From a virus, in the IMG/VR virus record IMGVR_UViG_3300030616_000506, positions 80,546 to 144,545 of that record: a DNA stretch of 64,000 bases; one strand, written 5' to 3'. Under the pieces are notes generated by a model. It saw only the letters and a program-made list of their open reading frames with translations, was not told the DNA's origin and made no database searches. The translations under genes were made by a program, and so were the position numbers. This document shows, piece after piece, positions 20,587-31,061 of this stretch (position 1 is its first letter; each line of letters starts with the position of its first letter).

Positions 20587-21546
20587 TTAAAAACCTAATA
20601 TTTCATTAAAGTATTCTAGATACTCCTTCACTTTATTATCCCATGAATATTTATCTGGGTTAGGAGTTTTACTTAAATCTTTATTTCTTAATACATTAAA
20701 TACATCCCTTGCAAACTTACCCATATCTCTACTTCCTGCTTCTACTCCCTTTAATGATGCTGGATAGGAATAATGTGGACTATCTCTAACTATTAATTTA
20801 GTTCTAGATCCCATCATATCCATAGCTATACCGGAATTAGATCCTGGTCTGTCTAGTTTGTTCCAAGCAAATAATAAATCACATAACTGCATCTTTTCAT
20901 TCAATTCTTCCTCACTTAAAAAATCAGTATCTAATCTAAATTGATCTTCCTTACCTAATTTCTTAACTTCTGATCTTATTATATCAGAAAAACCAAAATC
21001 TCCTCCTTTCCAGAAGGATGTAGCGAAGTATAAAAATTCATCTTTTTCTAATTCTTTAAGTAGATATCTAACTATATCTGGAAGTTTTTTACCAGTACCA
21101 GCTATAAAACCCATTGTACCAACTACCTTTTTATCTTGTGGAATATTATATTTTTCTCTCAGTTTCTTTTTATCCTTTCTTGGAAATACTATAGCTGGGT
21201 GAGGTATTACCTTATAACTCCAAGGTTCATCTAATCCTATTAATTGACTTTTATCATGTATAACTATTCCATCCACTAATGGATAAAATTGTGGCAATAC
21301 ACCCATATGATGAGAAGTTATTACTATTGGTTGTGGGTATTTTTGTATTAATTTCTGTAAATTTTGTGGTGGCATTAAACCAGGTTCATACTGTACACTA
21401 ATTAAATCTGGACCATTTCTAATCCTACTTACAAATTGTTTACTTTCTACTCCCTTTATTTTGTTGAGAGCATCATTTAATCTATTTGAGTAGGTTCCTA
21501 TTCCCCCTCTCTGACCTAACTCATTGCACTGTATACTTATTTTCAT
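20587..21546 (-). CDS. Glycosyltransferase, GT4-like
   Basis: GGIGTYS, VQYEP, IPHP, GTMGFI...K, SG motifs, WDNKVKEY end. Confidence 0.72.
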   Translation of the reverse strand: MKISIQCNELGQRGGIGTYSNRLNDALNKIKGVESKQFVSRIRNGPDLISVQYEPGLMPPQNLQKLIQKYPQPIVITSHHMGVLPQFYPLVDGIVIHDKSQLIGLDEPWSYKVIPHPAIVFPRKDKKKLREKYNIPQDKKVVGTMGFIAGTGKKLPDIVRYLLKELEKDEFLYFATSFWKGGDFGFSDIIRSEVKKLGKEDQFRLDTDFLSEEELNEKMQLCDLLFAWNKLDRPGSNSGIAMDMMGSRTKLIVRDSPHYSYPASLKGVEAGSRDMGKFARDVFNVLRNKDLSKTPNPDKYSWDNKVKEYLEYFNEILGF

Positions 21547-21746
21547 ATATTACTTATTCTTCAATTCATTAAAACATTTAAAACAGACTGGTACTCCTTC
21601 ATTAATTACCTTATAGGTTAGTTTATCTATATTTTTATGTACTGATAACAATTTATCTCTAGGAAATACCCTAGAAGATGTCCATATAAAAAAAGGTGAA
21701 CACTCTTGATTGCATATATAACATTTTTGTCCCATATTTATTCTCC

Positions 21747-22310
21747 TTAGTGTTGGTTTCTCCTAAATACTATTTTAGCTGATGGAAATTTTTCTCCATC
21801 TTCAAACTCTTTTATAGCTGATACTATTCTATCTTCAAAGGAATTTCCAAATGGAGCTTTATGTCTCATTTTTCCCTTCTTATCTCTCCAAACCATTTGT
21901 ACAACTCTAGAAGATAATATATATATCTTTGGCTGATATTCTTCACATATTATTTTAGCGAACGCTTCTCTACCAGGTCCACCCTTTCCATCATCCATTC
22001 TATCATAAACTAAACAGATGTAGGCATTACCTGGCTCTATAGACTTTAGGTCTTCAGATTTATCTGGAAATAAAATCTTACCTGAAGGCATCTTGGATAC
22101 TAATTTTCTAGTTCCATCATCTTGTACCTTCCATCCAAAAACTACTGACATGATATCCTTAAATAAAGGATACTTTTCTTGGTTTTCAATTATTTCTTTT
22201 TCAAATGATTCTGCTCTCTTTCCTGTTACACCCTTTCTATTTTTAGCATCTTCTATGGTTAAGACTTTACTTTCAGTTATCTTTTCTGAAGACATACTCA
22301 AATCATCCAT
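21747..22310 (-). CDS. Hypothetical protein downstream of PolB
   Basis: 187 aa ORF tightly packed after PolB. Confidence 0.6.
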   Translation of the reverse strand: MDDLSMSSEKITESKVLTIEDAKNRKGVTGKRAESFEKEIIENQEKYPLFKDIMSVVFGWKVQDDGTRKLVSKMPSGKILFPDKSEDLKSIEPGNAYICLVYDRMDDGKGGPGREAFAKIICEEYQPKIYILSSRVVQMVWRDKKGKMRHKAPFGNSFEDRIVSAIKEFEDGEKFPSAKIVFRRNQH

Positions 22311-22312
22311 AC

Positions 22313-24868
22313 TTATTTACCTCCTTTTAATTTTTCCTTAATTTCTTTTGTCATGACTTCCTTTCCTAATTTTCTAGAAGTCATATCAAATAGTCCATTT
22401 ACTTTACCAAATAGACTACTCTTTAAATAGTTTTCATAATCAACTTCATATTCCTCTGGAAGACCCTCTTCTATTGGAAATGCTATGAAAACCTTCTTTC
22501 TCTTTATAACCCTAACACCTGTAGTTTCATCAGTTATTATAGGTATAATGCAGAATTTGTCTCCAACCTCTACATCAAAATCATATTCTTCTCTTGCCCT
22601 AAGCAGAGCAGTTATATGATAAGGAATATTACCATGAGAACCATCCAATAGAGTTTTACCATACTCTTCTATTGGTTTAGTTAGGGGTTTTATTATTCCT
22701 AAATCTGATTTATTTATATCTCTCAGATTCAATATTTCCTTTTTTAATTGATAAATCATACTCTCTTTACTAGCTCCCTTCATTTTTAATTTAATCATAT
22801 TTATTTCTATATTGGCTAAAGGAGTTGGAGTTTCTGATCTCATAAAATTACATCCAGTAACATCCCAAGTTGAGTCATCATCTATACTACTATCTTCTGG
22901 TATTAATATATTTCTAGCTGGGCTATGTATATAGGCATGTGGATAATATCCTTTAATATCTAACTCCGGCATTACCTTGGATCCTTCACTGTGATCCTCT
23001 AGTATATCATTTAGATAGCCAATCATCCCTTCATTATAACTCTTATTTATATTTATGAAACACGAATCAGTGTGGGCATAAACCCAAGGTTGGCCAACAA
23101 CATCACAAGCTTTCTTAACTACATCTATAAGATTTCTAACTATAGATGTGATTGCATCTGCTACTTGATAATCTCTCATCCTTGAATTAGCCCATCCAAA
23201 TATTCCGTGACTAAAGGCTGCTGCTTGTGTCTTTAATGCAAAGTCTATGGTTTTGTACCTTTTCCAAAGATTTGTATTTTTCTTAAGAGTTTTAAGTTTT
23301 TTCTTAATTTTTTTCCTATCATCCATAATTTCCTTAAGAGTTTCTATAAATACACTTCTCTCATCATTAAATCTAACTTCCCTTTCTTTACCATCAACAC
23401 TTATATATTTAACTATATTATTACCTTCAGGATCTTTGGTCTCTGGTGATACATTTTTAGATATAACCGCAAAGGGATAAGCATGAACCAAATCAGTTAC
23501 CAATAATCCTTTATAGATACCTGGTCTTGCATCAGGTTCAGCAGCTTTATACTTAACTTCATCTTGTTTTTCTGCAAAATCTCTTGTCGGTAATACTATA
23601 CCCTCTTTATGATAGGCTCTTAACATAGCTATATCATTTACTACCGCAGTAATTTTCATATCATCTAAGGTTGACTGTAATGACCATCCTAATATCATAT
23701 GTGCTTCAATTGCTCCAAGAAAATTATCAAGAATTTCTGGTATTATGGTATCCCTTACATTATATTCTAGAAGATCTTCTTCAGATAAATCTCCTATTCT
23801 GGTAGCACCTAGATGTATCTTATCTATTCCTGCCATTTGTACTCCAACGTTACCTAAAGACCACTTTCCTCTTATTTCTTGAGCATGCATTTTTCTAGCT
23901 AATGGTAACATATCCATTATAGCCATATTTTCAGAAATGTTAGGATCATATTCAGTATCTCCTAACTTTATTGTGTTATTTTCTTCCTTAAGATAATTAT
24001 ATTTAATTAATAAATCTATTAAATTTTTACTTTCATCATATGGAAAGTATCTATCTCCCATTCCCTTTATGTACTCTTCCTTATTTAAATTCCTTCCTTG
24101 TCTAGCATATTCAAGAAATTGATTTATCTTATCCAATATACCCATTTCATCCTTAATTATACTATTTAGTGTAGTTATGTTCTTATCTCCATATATATCA
24201 AACTCTATATTCCAACCAGTTACCACATCATATTTGATGAGTTCTCTAAATAAGTCTAGAACTAATTCAGACTCATATTTGATATCATACTTAGATCCAT
24301 ATATTATATCAGTTTCTTGATTATTTATTGAGTAAGCTATTATCTCATTGGATACTGGATGATCAGTTTCAATATCTAGAATAGCTACTTTTGGAGTAAT
24401 TGGTTCCTTTGGTTTAAAGTAATCATAAGTATCTATTAAGAATCTCCTTACAAATAATATATCAGCTTCATATGGTAAAGGCCAACCCATCTTTCTTCTA
24501 GTATCTCTATAGGTCTTGACTCTACTGGGATGCATTCCTTTAAAGATTATCTTCTCAACTGGAGTGCCTAAGTAGGATTTATATTCTCCCCCATCCTTCT
24601 TTATATAACAATATGGGTAAAATCCCTCTATCTTTATTTTAAATTTACCAGATTTTTTACCTCTACCTATTAGATATATTTTAGGACTATCCCATCCTTT
24701 ATTGAAGTGATAATATCCCTCATAAATCTGCAGTGTATGATTTTCTATATCATTTATTACACTTTTTGGAAAGTCCTCATTATAACAAAATTCATTATCA
24801 TTAATATAAACTAGGGAATCTTTATCGAAATCTTTCTTCATTATATCCGGTAAACTACATATTTTCAT
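22313..24868 (-). CDS. polB: Family B DNA polymerase with 3'-5' exonuclease, atypical polymerase motifs
   Basis: YEADI..RRF, ExoI DIETD, ExoII GWNIEFD, ExoIII YNVRD; pol motifs DLVHAYP, KTQAAAFSHGIFG, YAHTDS; C-terminal VDYENY. Confidence 0.93.
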   Translation of the reverse strand: MKICSLPDIMKKDFDKDSLVYINDNEFCYNEDFPKSVINDIENHTLQIYEGYYHFNKGWDSPKIYLIGRGKKSGKFKIKIEGFYPYCYIKKDGGEYKSYLGTPVEKIIFKGMHPSRVKTYRDTRRKMGWPLPYEADILFVRRFLIDTYDYFKPKEPITPKVAILDIETDHPVSNEIIAYSINNQETDIIYGSKYDIKYESELVLDLFRELIKYDVVTGWNIEFDIYGDKNITTLNSIIKDEMGILDKINQFLEYARQGRNLNKEEYIKGMGDRYFPYDESKNLIDLLIKYNYLKEENNTIKLGDTEYDPNISENMAIMDMLPLARKMHAQEIRGKWSLGNVGVQMAGIDKIHLGATRIGDLSEEDLLEYNVRDTIIPEILDNFLGAIEAHMILGWSLQSTLDDMKITAVVNDIAMLRAYHKEGIVLPTRDFAEKQDEVKYKAAEPDARPGIYKGLLVTDLVHAYPFAVISKNVSPETKDPEGNNIVKYISVDGKEREVRFNDERSVFIETLKEIMDDRKKIKKKLKTLKKNTNLWKRYKTIDFALKTQAAAFSHGIFGWANSRMRDYQVADAITSIVRNLIDVVKKACDVVGQPWVYAHTDSCFININKSYNEGMIGYLNDILEDHSEGSKVMPELDIKGYYPHAYIHSPARNILIPEDSSIDDDSTWDVTGCNFMRSETPTPLANIEINMIKLKMKGASKESMIYQLKKEILNLRDINKSDLGIIKPLTKPIEEYGKTLLDGSHGNIPYHITALLRAREEYDFDVEVGDKFCIIPIITDETTGVRVIKRKKVFIAFPIEEGLPEEYEVDYENYLKSSLFGKVNGLFDMTSRKLGKEVMTKEIKEKLKGGK

Positions 24869-25256
24869 TTTATCTCCTTATTGATACATCACTTCATCTT
24901 CATTATCCATATCATCTTCACTGTTTTTCTTCTTCTTTTCAGCCATCTCAGCAGCTTTCTTCATTATTTTTCCTAAATTCATATTCTTGGCGAAGTCCTC
25001 TCCACCTAATTTAACCATAAGTTTAAATCCTTCTACACTCCTATACCACATAGATAAATAGCTCCACCACCACTTCACTGCTATTATTGCTCCGAATGCA
25101 ATTATTATTCCAACAATTACATCCATTTAGAAATCCTCTTCAAATAATTGATTCTCTTCAAAATAATCGTGTTCCAGAGTTGCAGTACAATCATTACAAA
25201 CTCCTTCTATTTCTTCTTCTTCTGTTAGTTCTTTTCCGCATATCTCACAATTCATC

Positions 25257-25643
25257 TTATATCACCTTAAACCAATATATTGTACATATTATTCCTATTA
25301 ATAAATATATTAAATATCTATATTTAACTCCTCTCCATCCTTCATATAAACCATAAATTAATTGTATCCATCCCATAGTAAAGAAGGCATATTGAAACTG
25401 TATATCTTGTGATAAAAAGTAAGCTATAAAACAAACTATACTAGATAATACTCCTCCACCCATACTATGTAATCTCTGATTATGAATATGATCTGCCTTT
25501 ACTGTCATACCTAACTTGTGAACCCAAATTGTTCCAGTCATTAATAAACCTTGAGATTTTATATGACATAACTCATGTAATAAAAATATTAATATCCAAA
25601 CTAATGCTGAAGTTATTATATAATCAGTAATCTCTATAATCAT
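25257..25643 (-). CDS. Membrane zinc metallopeptidase-like protein (M50-like HExxH)
   Basis: LLHELCH within a hydrophobic helix, several TM segments, GGG motif. Confidence 0.5.
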   Translation of the reverse strand: MIIEITDYIITSALVWILIFLLHELCHIKSQGLLMTGTIWVHKLGMTVKADHIHNQRLHSMGGGVLSSIVCFIAYFLSQDIQFQYAFFTMGWIQLIYGLYEGWRGVKYRYLIYLLIGIICTIYWFKVI

Positions 25644-26560
25644 AATATATCCTCTATTCTTATGTCGGTATCATATTTACAATCTTTATATAAACAATAT
25701 CCTAAGTTTTTTAAAGTTTTACAAGAGTGTGGTACATATTGATTACTATCTATATGTTCTATCTGCCATCTTGTTTTACCTTCATCAAAATCATCCCAAC
25801 CAAAGGATTCAGCTTCATCTATTATTTCATCCATAGACCATCCTTCTGCTAATTTAAGAATAGCCCATGAAAATCTTATAACTTGATGGGGTTCAAACTT
25901 ACCTCTTGGATGATTTTTATACCAATATTCTTTATTTTTAATTAAATTCTCTATACAGGGGTACTTATGATAACTCCTAAAGGTAGACATGGGAGTATAG
26001 GGCTCATAGTCCTTTTCATATTTAATAGTAGTTAAATTATTTAAATCTAATGATAAACCTTCATTATAGGCTAACACCTTACAGATACCTCCTCTTATAT
26101 TATAGGTTCCTGGTATCCTCATTAATCTTCTTATATCTCCCATTATTTGACTATCAACTGTCTTAAGCTTAAGCATATCACTAATCATATTCTGAACATC
26201 CTTTATCTGTCTTTTAGAGTAAGGCTTTAATTCAGTTACCATAAACACATGGAAACCCTTTCTACCTGAAAAGGTTAGATAAGATGAATAATTATTCTCT
26301 ATACAGAAATTATATAGTTTACTAGCATCATCCCATGCTTCCCTTAAATCTTCTGAGTCAAAGTCAAATGGTAAGAATAATAAATGTGGTAATCCATCTT
26401 TATATGTACAGATAGATATAGCTAAATTATCTAGAGCCAAATGCTCTTCTATTATATTTACTATTTCTTTCTTAGATGATACTGGAACTTGATTACCGTA
26501 GTTCTCTCCATAGAACCCAACAAACCGTGTTCCAAATGGTATATCTAATAAATCAATCAT
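25640..26560 (-). CDS. priS: Archaeo-eukaryotic primase: PriS catalytic domain fused to PriL-like C-terminal Fe-S domain
   Basis: FDFD, SGRKGFH, DIRRLMRIPGTYN; C-terminal YPCI...FDEGKTRWQIEHI..YVPHSCKTLKNLGYC...C. Confidence 0.85.
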   Translation of the reverse strand: MIDLLDIPFGTRFVGFYGENYGNQVPVSSKKEIVNIIEEHLALDNLAISICTYKDGLPHLLFLPFDFDSEDLREAWDDASKLYNFCIENNYSSYLTFSGRKGFHVFMVTELKPYSKRQIKDVQNMISDMLKLKTVDSQIMGDIRRLMRIPGTYNIRGGICKVLAYNEGLSLDLNNLTTIKYEKDYEPYTPMSTFRSYHKYPCIENLIKNKEYWYKNHPRGKFEPHQVIRFSWAILKLAEGWSMDEIIDEAESFGWDDFDEGKTRWQIEHIDSNQYVPHSCKTLKNLGYCLYKDCKYDTDIRIEDIL

Positions 26561-27188
26561 TCTTCCTCTAAATTAAATTTCTCTTTCAAGAAGTTTATTA
26601 TATCAGTATCTCTATGGTCTCTTAACTCTTCTATCCATTCTCTAGCTAATTCTCTTAAGTCATCTGGGAATATAATTGTAGTTGTAAGTGAATCTTCTAT
26701 ATCTTTAAGAGTTCTACTCATCTTCATATTCTCCTTTTCTAATTATATCCTTAATAGTAACTCTAGCCCAAGCAAACTTATCTCCTCTTACTTTAGCTCT
26801 TAAGAAATGCCATAAGCAAAGATAATGCCAACCTTTTTTAAACTTAGGATATTCTCCATATTTTGTTTTCTGTGTTTTTATATTTCCCCTTTTATCTAAT
26901 TCAAATGGAAATATTTCAGCAAAGGGTATTCTATGACATGTTCCTTCCCAATCACACTTAAATATGGAGTTCTTATCTTTATTTTTAATCATGGTGAAAA
27001 CTCATATAATAAATTCCAAATAGCACAATATTTACCGTTAGCTACTTCCTTCTTAGCTCTTGCATATAATTCTTCCCAATTATCTGAATACACTGAATTT
27101 CCTATTCTATTTTCATCATCTATTATTTCCATCATATACTTCTCATCCTTATAAGCTTTTAGTCTATATTTTTCTCTTTCATATTTTC

Positions 27189-27443
27189 TCATAATCTATT
27201 CACCATTATCCAATCCTTAAGATTGCTTAAGGTCTTTATTGTTCCATTAAATAAATCATCTATATTAAGACTATCCAAATCTAGATTAAAGTTAATTTGT
27301 TCACCACCTTCAAGAATAACTTCCATGTTAGTTATTCTATCGGCATCTCCAGTAGAAATATTTAGACACTTAATTTTTATCTCTTGAGTTATTTCTATTG
27401 ATTTAACTCCCTCTATATTGTGGGATCTTATTATAGATGTCAT
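27189..27443 (-). CDS. Hypothetical protein with shared C-terminal tag (LKDWIMVNRL)
   Basis: ORF track; tag motif. Confidence 0.6.
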   Translation of the reverse strand: MTSIIRSHNIEGVKSIEITQEIKIKCLNISTGDADRITNMEVILEGGEQINFNLDLDSLNIDDLFNGTIKTLSNLKDWIMVNRL

Positions 27444-27760
27444 AATCTAATCACAAATAATCTATCCTTTAAATCTTCTAGGAGTATCTTATTATATCCC
27501 TCTTCTAATAGAGTTTCTACTTCACTCTTTTTTATACTAAAGTTCTGAGTAATCAAATACTCTTCCTCATCCTTAGAGTAAGTTTGACCATAAGTAGGTA
27601 TATTTAGAGATGTACTACTAATTGTATAGTATCCAGATGATGTCCCTGCCCAATTGGTTCCTGAATAAGATCTGGCTCCTCCACCCTGATCTATTTCTTG
27701 TAGAGCTTTATATAAATATACATATCCATCAATCAATACATTCTCAAGAATACTTTTCAT
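27440..27760 (-). CDS. Hypothetical protein with shared C-terminal tag (LKDRLFVIRL)
   Basis: ORF track; C-terminal ~25 aa similar to 27757..27984. Confidence 0.6.
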   Translation of the reverse strand: MKSILENVLIDGYVYLYKALQEIDQGGGARSYSGTNWAGTSSGYYTISSTSLNIPTYGQTYSKDEEEYLITQNFSIKKSEVETLLEEGYNKILLEDLKDRLFVIRL

Positions 27761-27984
27761 AATCTCTCAACTGCTATTAAATCTTTTAATTGCTCAAGAG
27801 TTACTTTTTTATAACCTTGTCTTATGAGACGTTCAATCTCTCTTGAATCCAACCAGAATAGATTATTAACTAATATATTCCAGGATGATACAGTCCAATC
27901 TCCATAATCACTAGTATACTTTACGTTCTTAATTAGTTCAGATAGATCTATTATTGTCTCGGACGAATTCTTTGATTCTATCAT
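27757..27984 (-). CDS. Hypothetical protein with shared C-terminal tag (LKDLIAVERL)
   Basis: ORF track; tag motif. Confidence 0.6.
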   Translation of the reverse strand: MIESKNSSETIIDLSELIKNVKYTSDYGDWTVSSWNILVNNLFWLDSREIERLIRQGYKKVTLEQLKDLIAVERL

Positions 27985-28609
27985 GTAGCTTCTCCAGGAT
28001 GATAACGTCCTTCTTATTATGATCTAATATATAATCTAATGCTTTCTTATCTCCAGATAAAGCTTTAATCCAGTGTATACTCTCTATATGAGTTTTACCC
28101 ACTATACCAAGATGCTTACAAGCTGATTCTAATCTATTACTATGTAGACACATCTTAGCTCTTACCATATACCAAATATCTTTATGATGTAGTTCACCGT
28201 ACATTGGAAATTCTAAATCCCAATACATGGCTCTAGTTCTTATAAAGGGTATATCAAATTTAGTTGAGTAGTATCCCATAACTACATCAAACTTTTTCAT
28301 ATCTGTTATACAGTCTTTAACTAATCTCTTATCTAGAGTTCCATTCTCTATCTCTTTTTTAGTTATAACTCCTGTATGTATTTTCTTGGAGCCTCTTTCC
28401 TTTATACAGTAAGATAACATAATACCAAAGTTAGCCTTTAGATTAGATGTCTCAATATCTAGATATCCTATCTTTATATTATCTTCCTTCTCCTCTATAT
28501 AACATGCTGGATGTTCAGCATATGTATGGCCGTGTTTGCATCTACCCCTAAATAAATCAAGAAGCTCCGCTTTCTTCATTATAAAGGGATTAAATTTTTC
28601 TTTTGTCAT
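27938..28609 (-). CDS. RNase H-fold 3'-5' exonuclease (DEDD/YprB-like)
   Basis: YLDIETS, GYYSTKFDIPF, HNKKDV. Confidence 0.85.
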   Translation of the reverse strand: MTKEKFNPFIMKKAELLDLFRGRCKHGHTYAEHPACYIEEKEDNIKIGYLDIETSNLKANFGIMLSYCIKERGSKKIHTGVITKKEIENGTLDKRLVKDCITDMKKFDVVMGYYSTKFDIPFIRTRAMYWDLEFPMYGELHHKDIWYMVRAKMCLHSNRLESACKHLGIVGKTHIESIHWIKALSGDKKALDYILDHNKKDVIILEKLHDRIKEFVRDNNRSI

Positions 28610-28798
28610 TATTTTTTGTTTCTCCTTTTTATATTTTTCTTTTTATTTTTTAATAATCTTTCTCTTATAAATCTATAAATAACTAATCCTGATAATACTG
28701 ATCCAATCATACACCATCCTAATCCATATTGATGGAATATATAATATGCACCAGAAAAGCTAATTGAAGTTGAACTTAAAAACAGTCCAAATGCTACA

Positions 28799-29077
28799 TC
28801 ATTTCTTATCTTTTCCATACAACTTCATCCAAGTGTATTCCTTGCCCTGACAAATATCACATATATGTTTCTTTTTATTTTCATCTTGTAAGTATCCTAG
28901 ACCACCACATCTAATACACTCTACCTTAACAAAATCTGGTCTAAGTTCATATAATTCTTCTGCTAATTTAATTAATGAATCTTGTAACTCTTGAGCCTTT
29001 ATTATAGCTAAGTCTCTTTTTCTTGATACACTTTTAATCTCATCTTCAATATCTTCTTTAGTTTTTTTATTTACCAT
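28799..29077 (-). CDS. Coiled-coil protein with DnaJ-type CxxCxGxG zinc finger
   Basis: CIRCGGLG...CDICQGK. Confidence 0.6.
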   Translation of the reverse strand: MVNKKTKEDIEDEIKSVSRKRDLAIIKAQELQDSLIKLAEELYELRPDFVKVECIRCGGLGYLQDENKKKHICDICQGKEYTWMKLYGKDKK

Positions 29078-29091
29078 AATTTACTCCTGGT

Positions 29092-29134
29092 AGCTAGGTG
29101 GAGGATGGGGGGGTTTACATCCTCCTCCTTAGCT
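29092..29134. terminator. GC-rich intergenic stem-loop
   Basis: AGCTAGGTGGAGGATG / CATCCTCCTCCTTAGCT imperfect inverted repeat right after the collagen-like gene. Confidence 0.5.
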
Positions 29135-29140
29135 TTTAGC

Positions 29141-29716
29141 CTAATTAGGCCATATTACTGGATGCCAGTAACTTGCATTATATGTTTCAGATATTAGATT
29201 TTCACCATCAGTTACATCAACTCTCCACTTGAATGATACAAGAGTTGGATCATAAACAAATGGTCTATCTAATGGTATCTTATTGAAACATACCTTTAAA
29301 GCAGTTTCAATATCATCTTCACTTCCAGCTTTTCCAGTTACATCCACTAACTGAATCCACTCACAAGTGTTCTCTGCCATCCAATACATTTCTACTTTTA
29401 CTACATCTTCCTCAGGATCTGTAATCCATACACATAGTTGAGTACCATCATATTCTTGTTGTGGTAACTCTTCTAATAGAGTATAGAATATTATCTCTGG
29501 GGGTTCGTTACATTGGCAATCCTCTCCTGGATCACCCTTATCTCCTTTTGGTCCTGGTGGTCCTTGTTCACCATCAGCACCATCAGCTCCATCCTGACCA
29601 TCTTCACCAGGAGGGCCTTGTGGTCCATTTGTTCCTTGCGGTAAGAATATACCTATTGCACCTAAGATAAGTGCAATAGCTACTAATACTGCAAGGATCT
29701 TTTCTGTTGTGTTCAT
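29141..29716 (-). CDS. Membrane-anchored/secreted collagen-like protein
   Basis: N-terminal hydrophobic helix, about 13 G-X-Y triplets (GPQGPPGEDGQD...), NEPP followed by beta-rich domain. Confidence 0.8.
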   Translation of the reverse strand: MNTTEKILAVLVAIALILGAIGIFLPQGTNGPQGPPGEDGQDGADGADGEQGPPGPKGDKGDPGEDCQCNEPPEIIFYTLLEELPQQEYDGTQLCVWITDPEEDVVKVEMYWMAENTCEWIQLVDVTGKAGSEDDIETALKVCFNKIPLDRPFVYDPTLVSFKWRVDVTDGENLISETYNASYWHPVIWPN

Positions 29717-29740
29717 ATTAGTTTCTCCTTAATATTTTTA

Positions 29741-30181
29741 TTATAACTCATCTACAAATACTTTATCTTTAAATTCTTCGTATGACATATTCTCTGGTGG
29801 TCCATACTCTTCTTTAATATTAGAATAAGTTTCATAAGATACCTTATGAGCTCCATCAGTAAACTTTACTGGTGGAAATGGTTCTAAATATTTTACTTTA
29901 AATGTAGCATTACAAGTACAATTTCCATTTACATCTACATTCATATCAAAGGAAGATACCAAACAGTCTTTAGCTATATAACAATCTCCATCATTTAAAT
30001 CTATAGATAGATCCATTTCTGATTGATTACTCAGTTTATTTATATCATTTGAATTTGGTATAAATTCTAACTCTAGATCTATATCCTTATAACCAAGTGC
30101 ATAAGTTGGATCTGAGCTTGTAACTGAATAATATGTATTCAAATTATTATTATAAGTTAGTTTAGTAGCTTGTATCTTCAA
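29741..30181 (-). CDS. Hypothetical beta-rich protein with shared C-terminal tag (FKDKVFVDEL)
   Basis: ORF track; tag motif. Confidence 0.6.
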   Translation of the reverse strand: MKIQATKLTYNNNLNTYYSVTSSDPTYALGYKDIDLELEFIPNSNDINKLSNQSEMDLSIDLNDGDCYIAKDCLVSSFDMNVDVNGNCTCNATFKVKYLEPFPPVKFTDGAHKVSYETYSNIKEEYGPPENMSYEEFKDKVFVDEL

Positions 30182-30810
30182 TTAAGAGTCTCCATTATCT
30201 TTTCCGCTAACTTCTTTCCTATTCCATCTACTTTCTGTAAATCAACTAAATTAGCATTAGCTATATTTCTTGGAGATCCAAAGTGTTTCAATAAAGACTT
30301 TGCCTTTGTAATAGATACTCCCTCTATTGCCGTTAAACAGTTTTCCTTTCTCATCTGAATTGATTTAGCTCTACGCATCTGAGGAGCTGGTCTTTCTGAT
30401 TTACCATTCTCATGTATCTTTTTATCCAAGCTAACCACATAACTTATAAATTCTTCCTCATCTTGAAGAAACATAATCTTTAATTTTGGATATTTAGTTG
30501 TTAGGGTGGTTAGAGTACCTAGATAACTTCTATGGATATATCTACTTCTACTAAAGTAAAATGTTTTCCAAAGATCTTGCAATGTTATACATAATATAGG
30601 ATGATCATACTGTGAAAGATTATTAAGTTGTTCATAAAGACGATTACTCTGAATGGAAGATATTAGATCCTTATCCTTCCTTTCAATAGCATATCCATTA
30701 TCTAGGAGATAATCTCCTACTTCTATAAAGTCAGTTTTAACTTCTAACTTTTTATTCTTTAATGAATTAATTATATGAGAGGGTTCTCTCGAATCAACTA
30801 TTATTGTCAT
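30178..30810 (-). CDS. XPF/ERCC4 (Hef-nuclease-like) structure-specific endonuclease with HhH domain
   Basis: IIVDSRE, VGDY, AIERK motifs; tandem HhH (IEGVS, VDGIG). Confidence 0.92.
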   Translation of the reverse strand: MTIIVDSREPSHIINSLKNKKLEVKTDFIEVGDYLLDNGYAIERKDKDLISSIQSNRLYEQLNNLSQYDHPILCITLQDLWKTFYFSRSRYIHRSYLGTLTTLTTKYPKLKIMFLQDEEEFISYVVSLDKKIHENGKSERPAPQMRRAKSIQMRKENCLTAIEGVSITKAKSLLKHFGSPRNIANANLVDLQKVDGIGKKLAEKIMETLN

Positions 30811-31061
30811 TTAATTTAGTGGCTATACTTGATACATCTGACATAAATTTCTTAACTGCTTTAGTGAACTCTATCATCTCCTTTGGGGATAGATTCATTA
30901 GCATATCATAGAAATATTTCTCATCTCTCATCTTTTTTCCAAACATTTTAATTTTCTCCTAAACTTTTAAAAAGTCCTCTCAGAATCGATTTAAAGGGGT
31001 CATACAAGGCCGTGAAGGCAATATCTTTTTTTACTGGACCCTTACCATTCGTAAACATACT

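Noticed and set aside
22313-24868. Intein in PolB, or inactivated PolB
   Set aside because: No intein splice motifs (C/S start, HN end) or LAGLIDADG block inside; catalytic Asp residues are retained.
30950-31060. Slightly GC-richer intergenic stretch (CAGAATCGATTTAAAGGGG)
   Set aside because: No convincing stem, repeat or second copy found to support a call.
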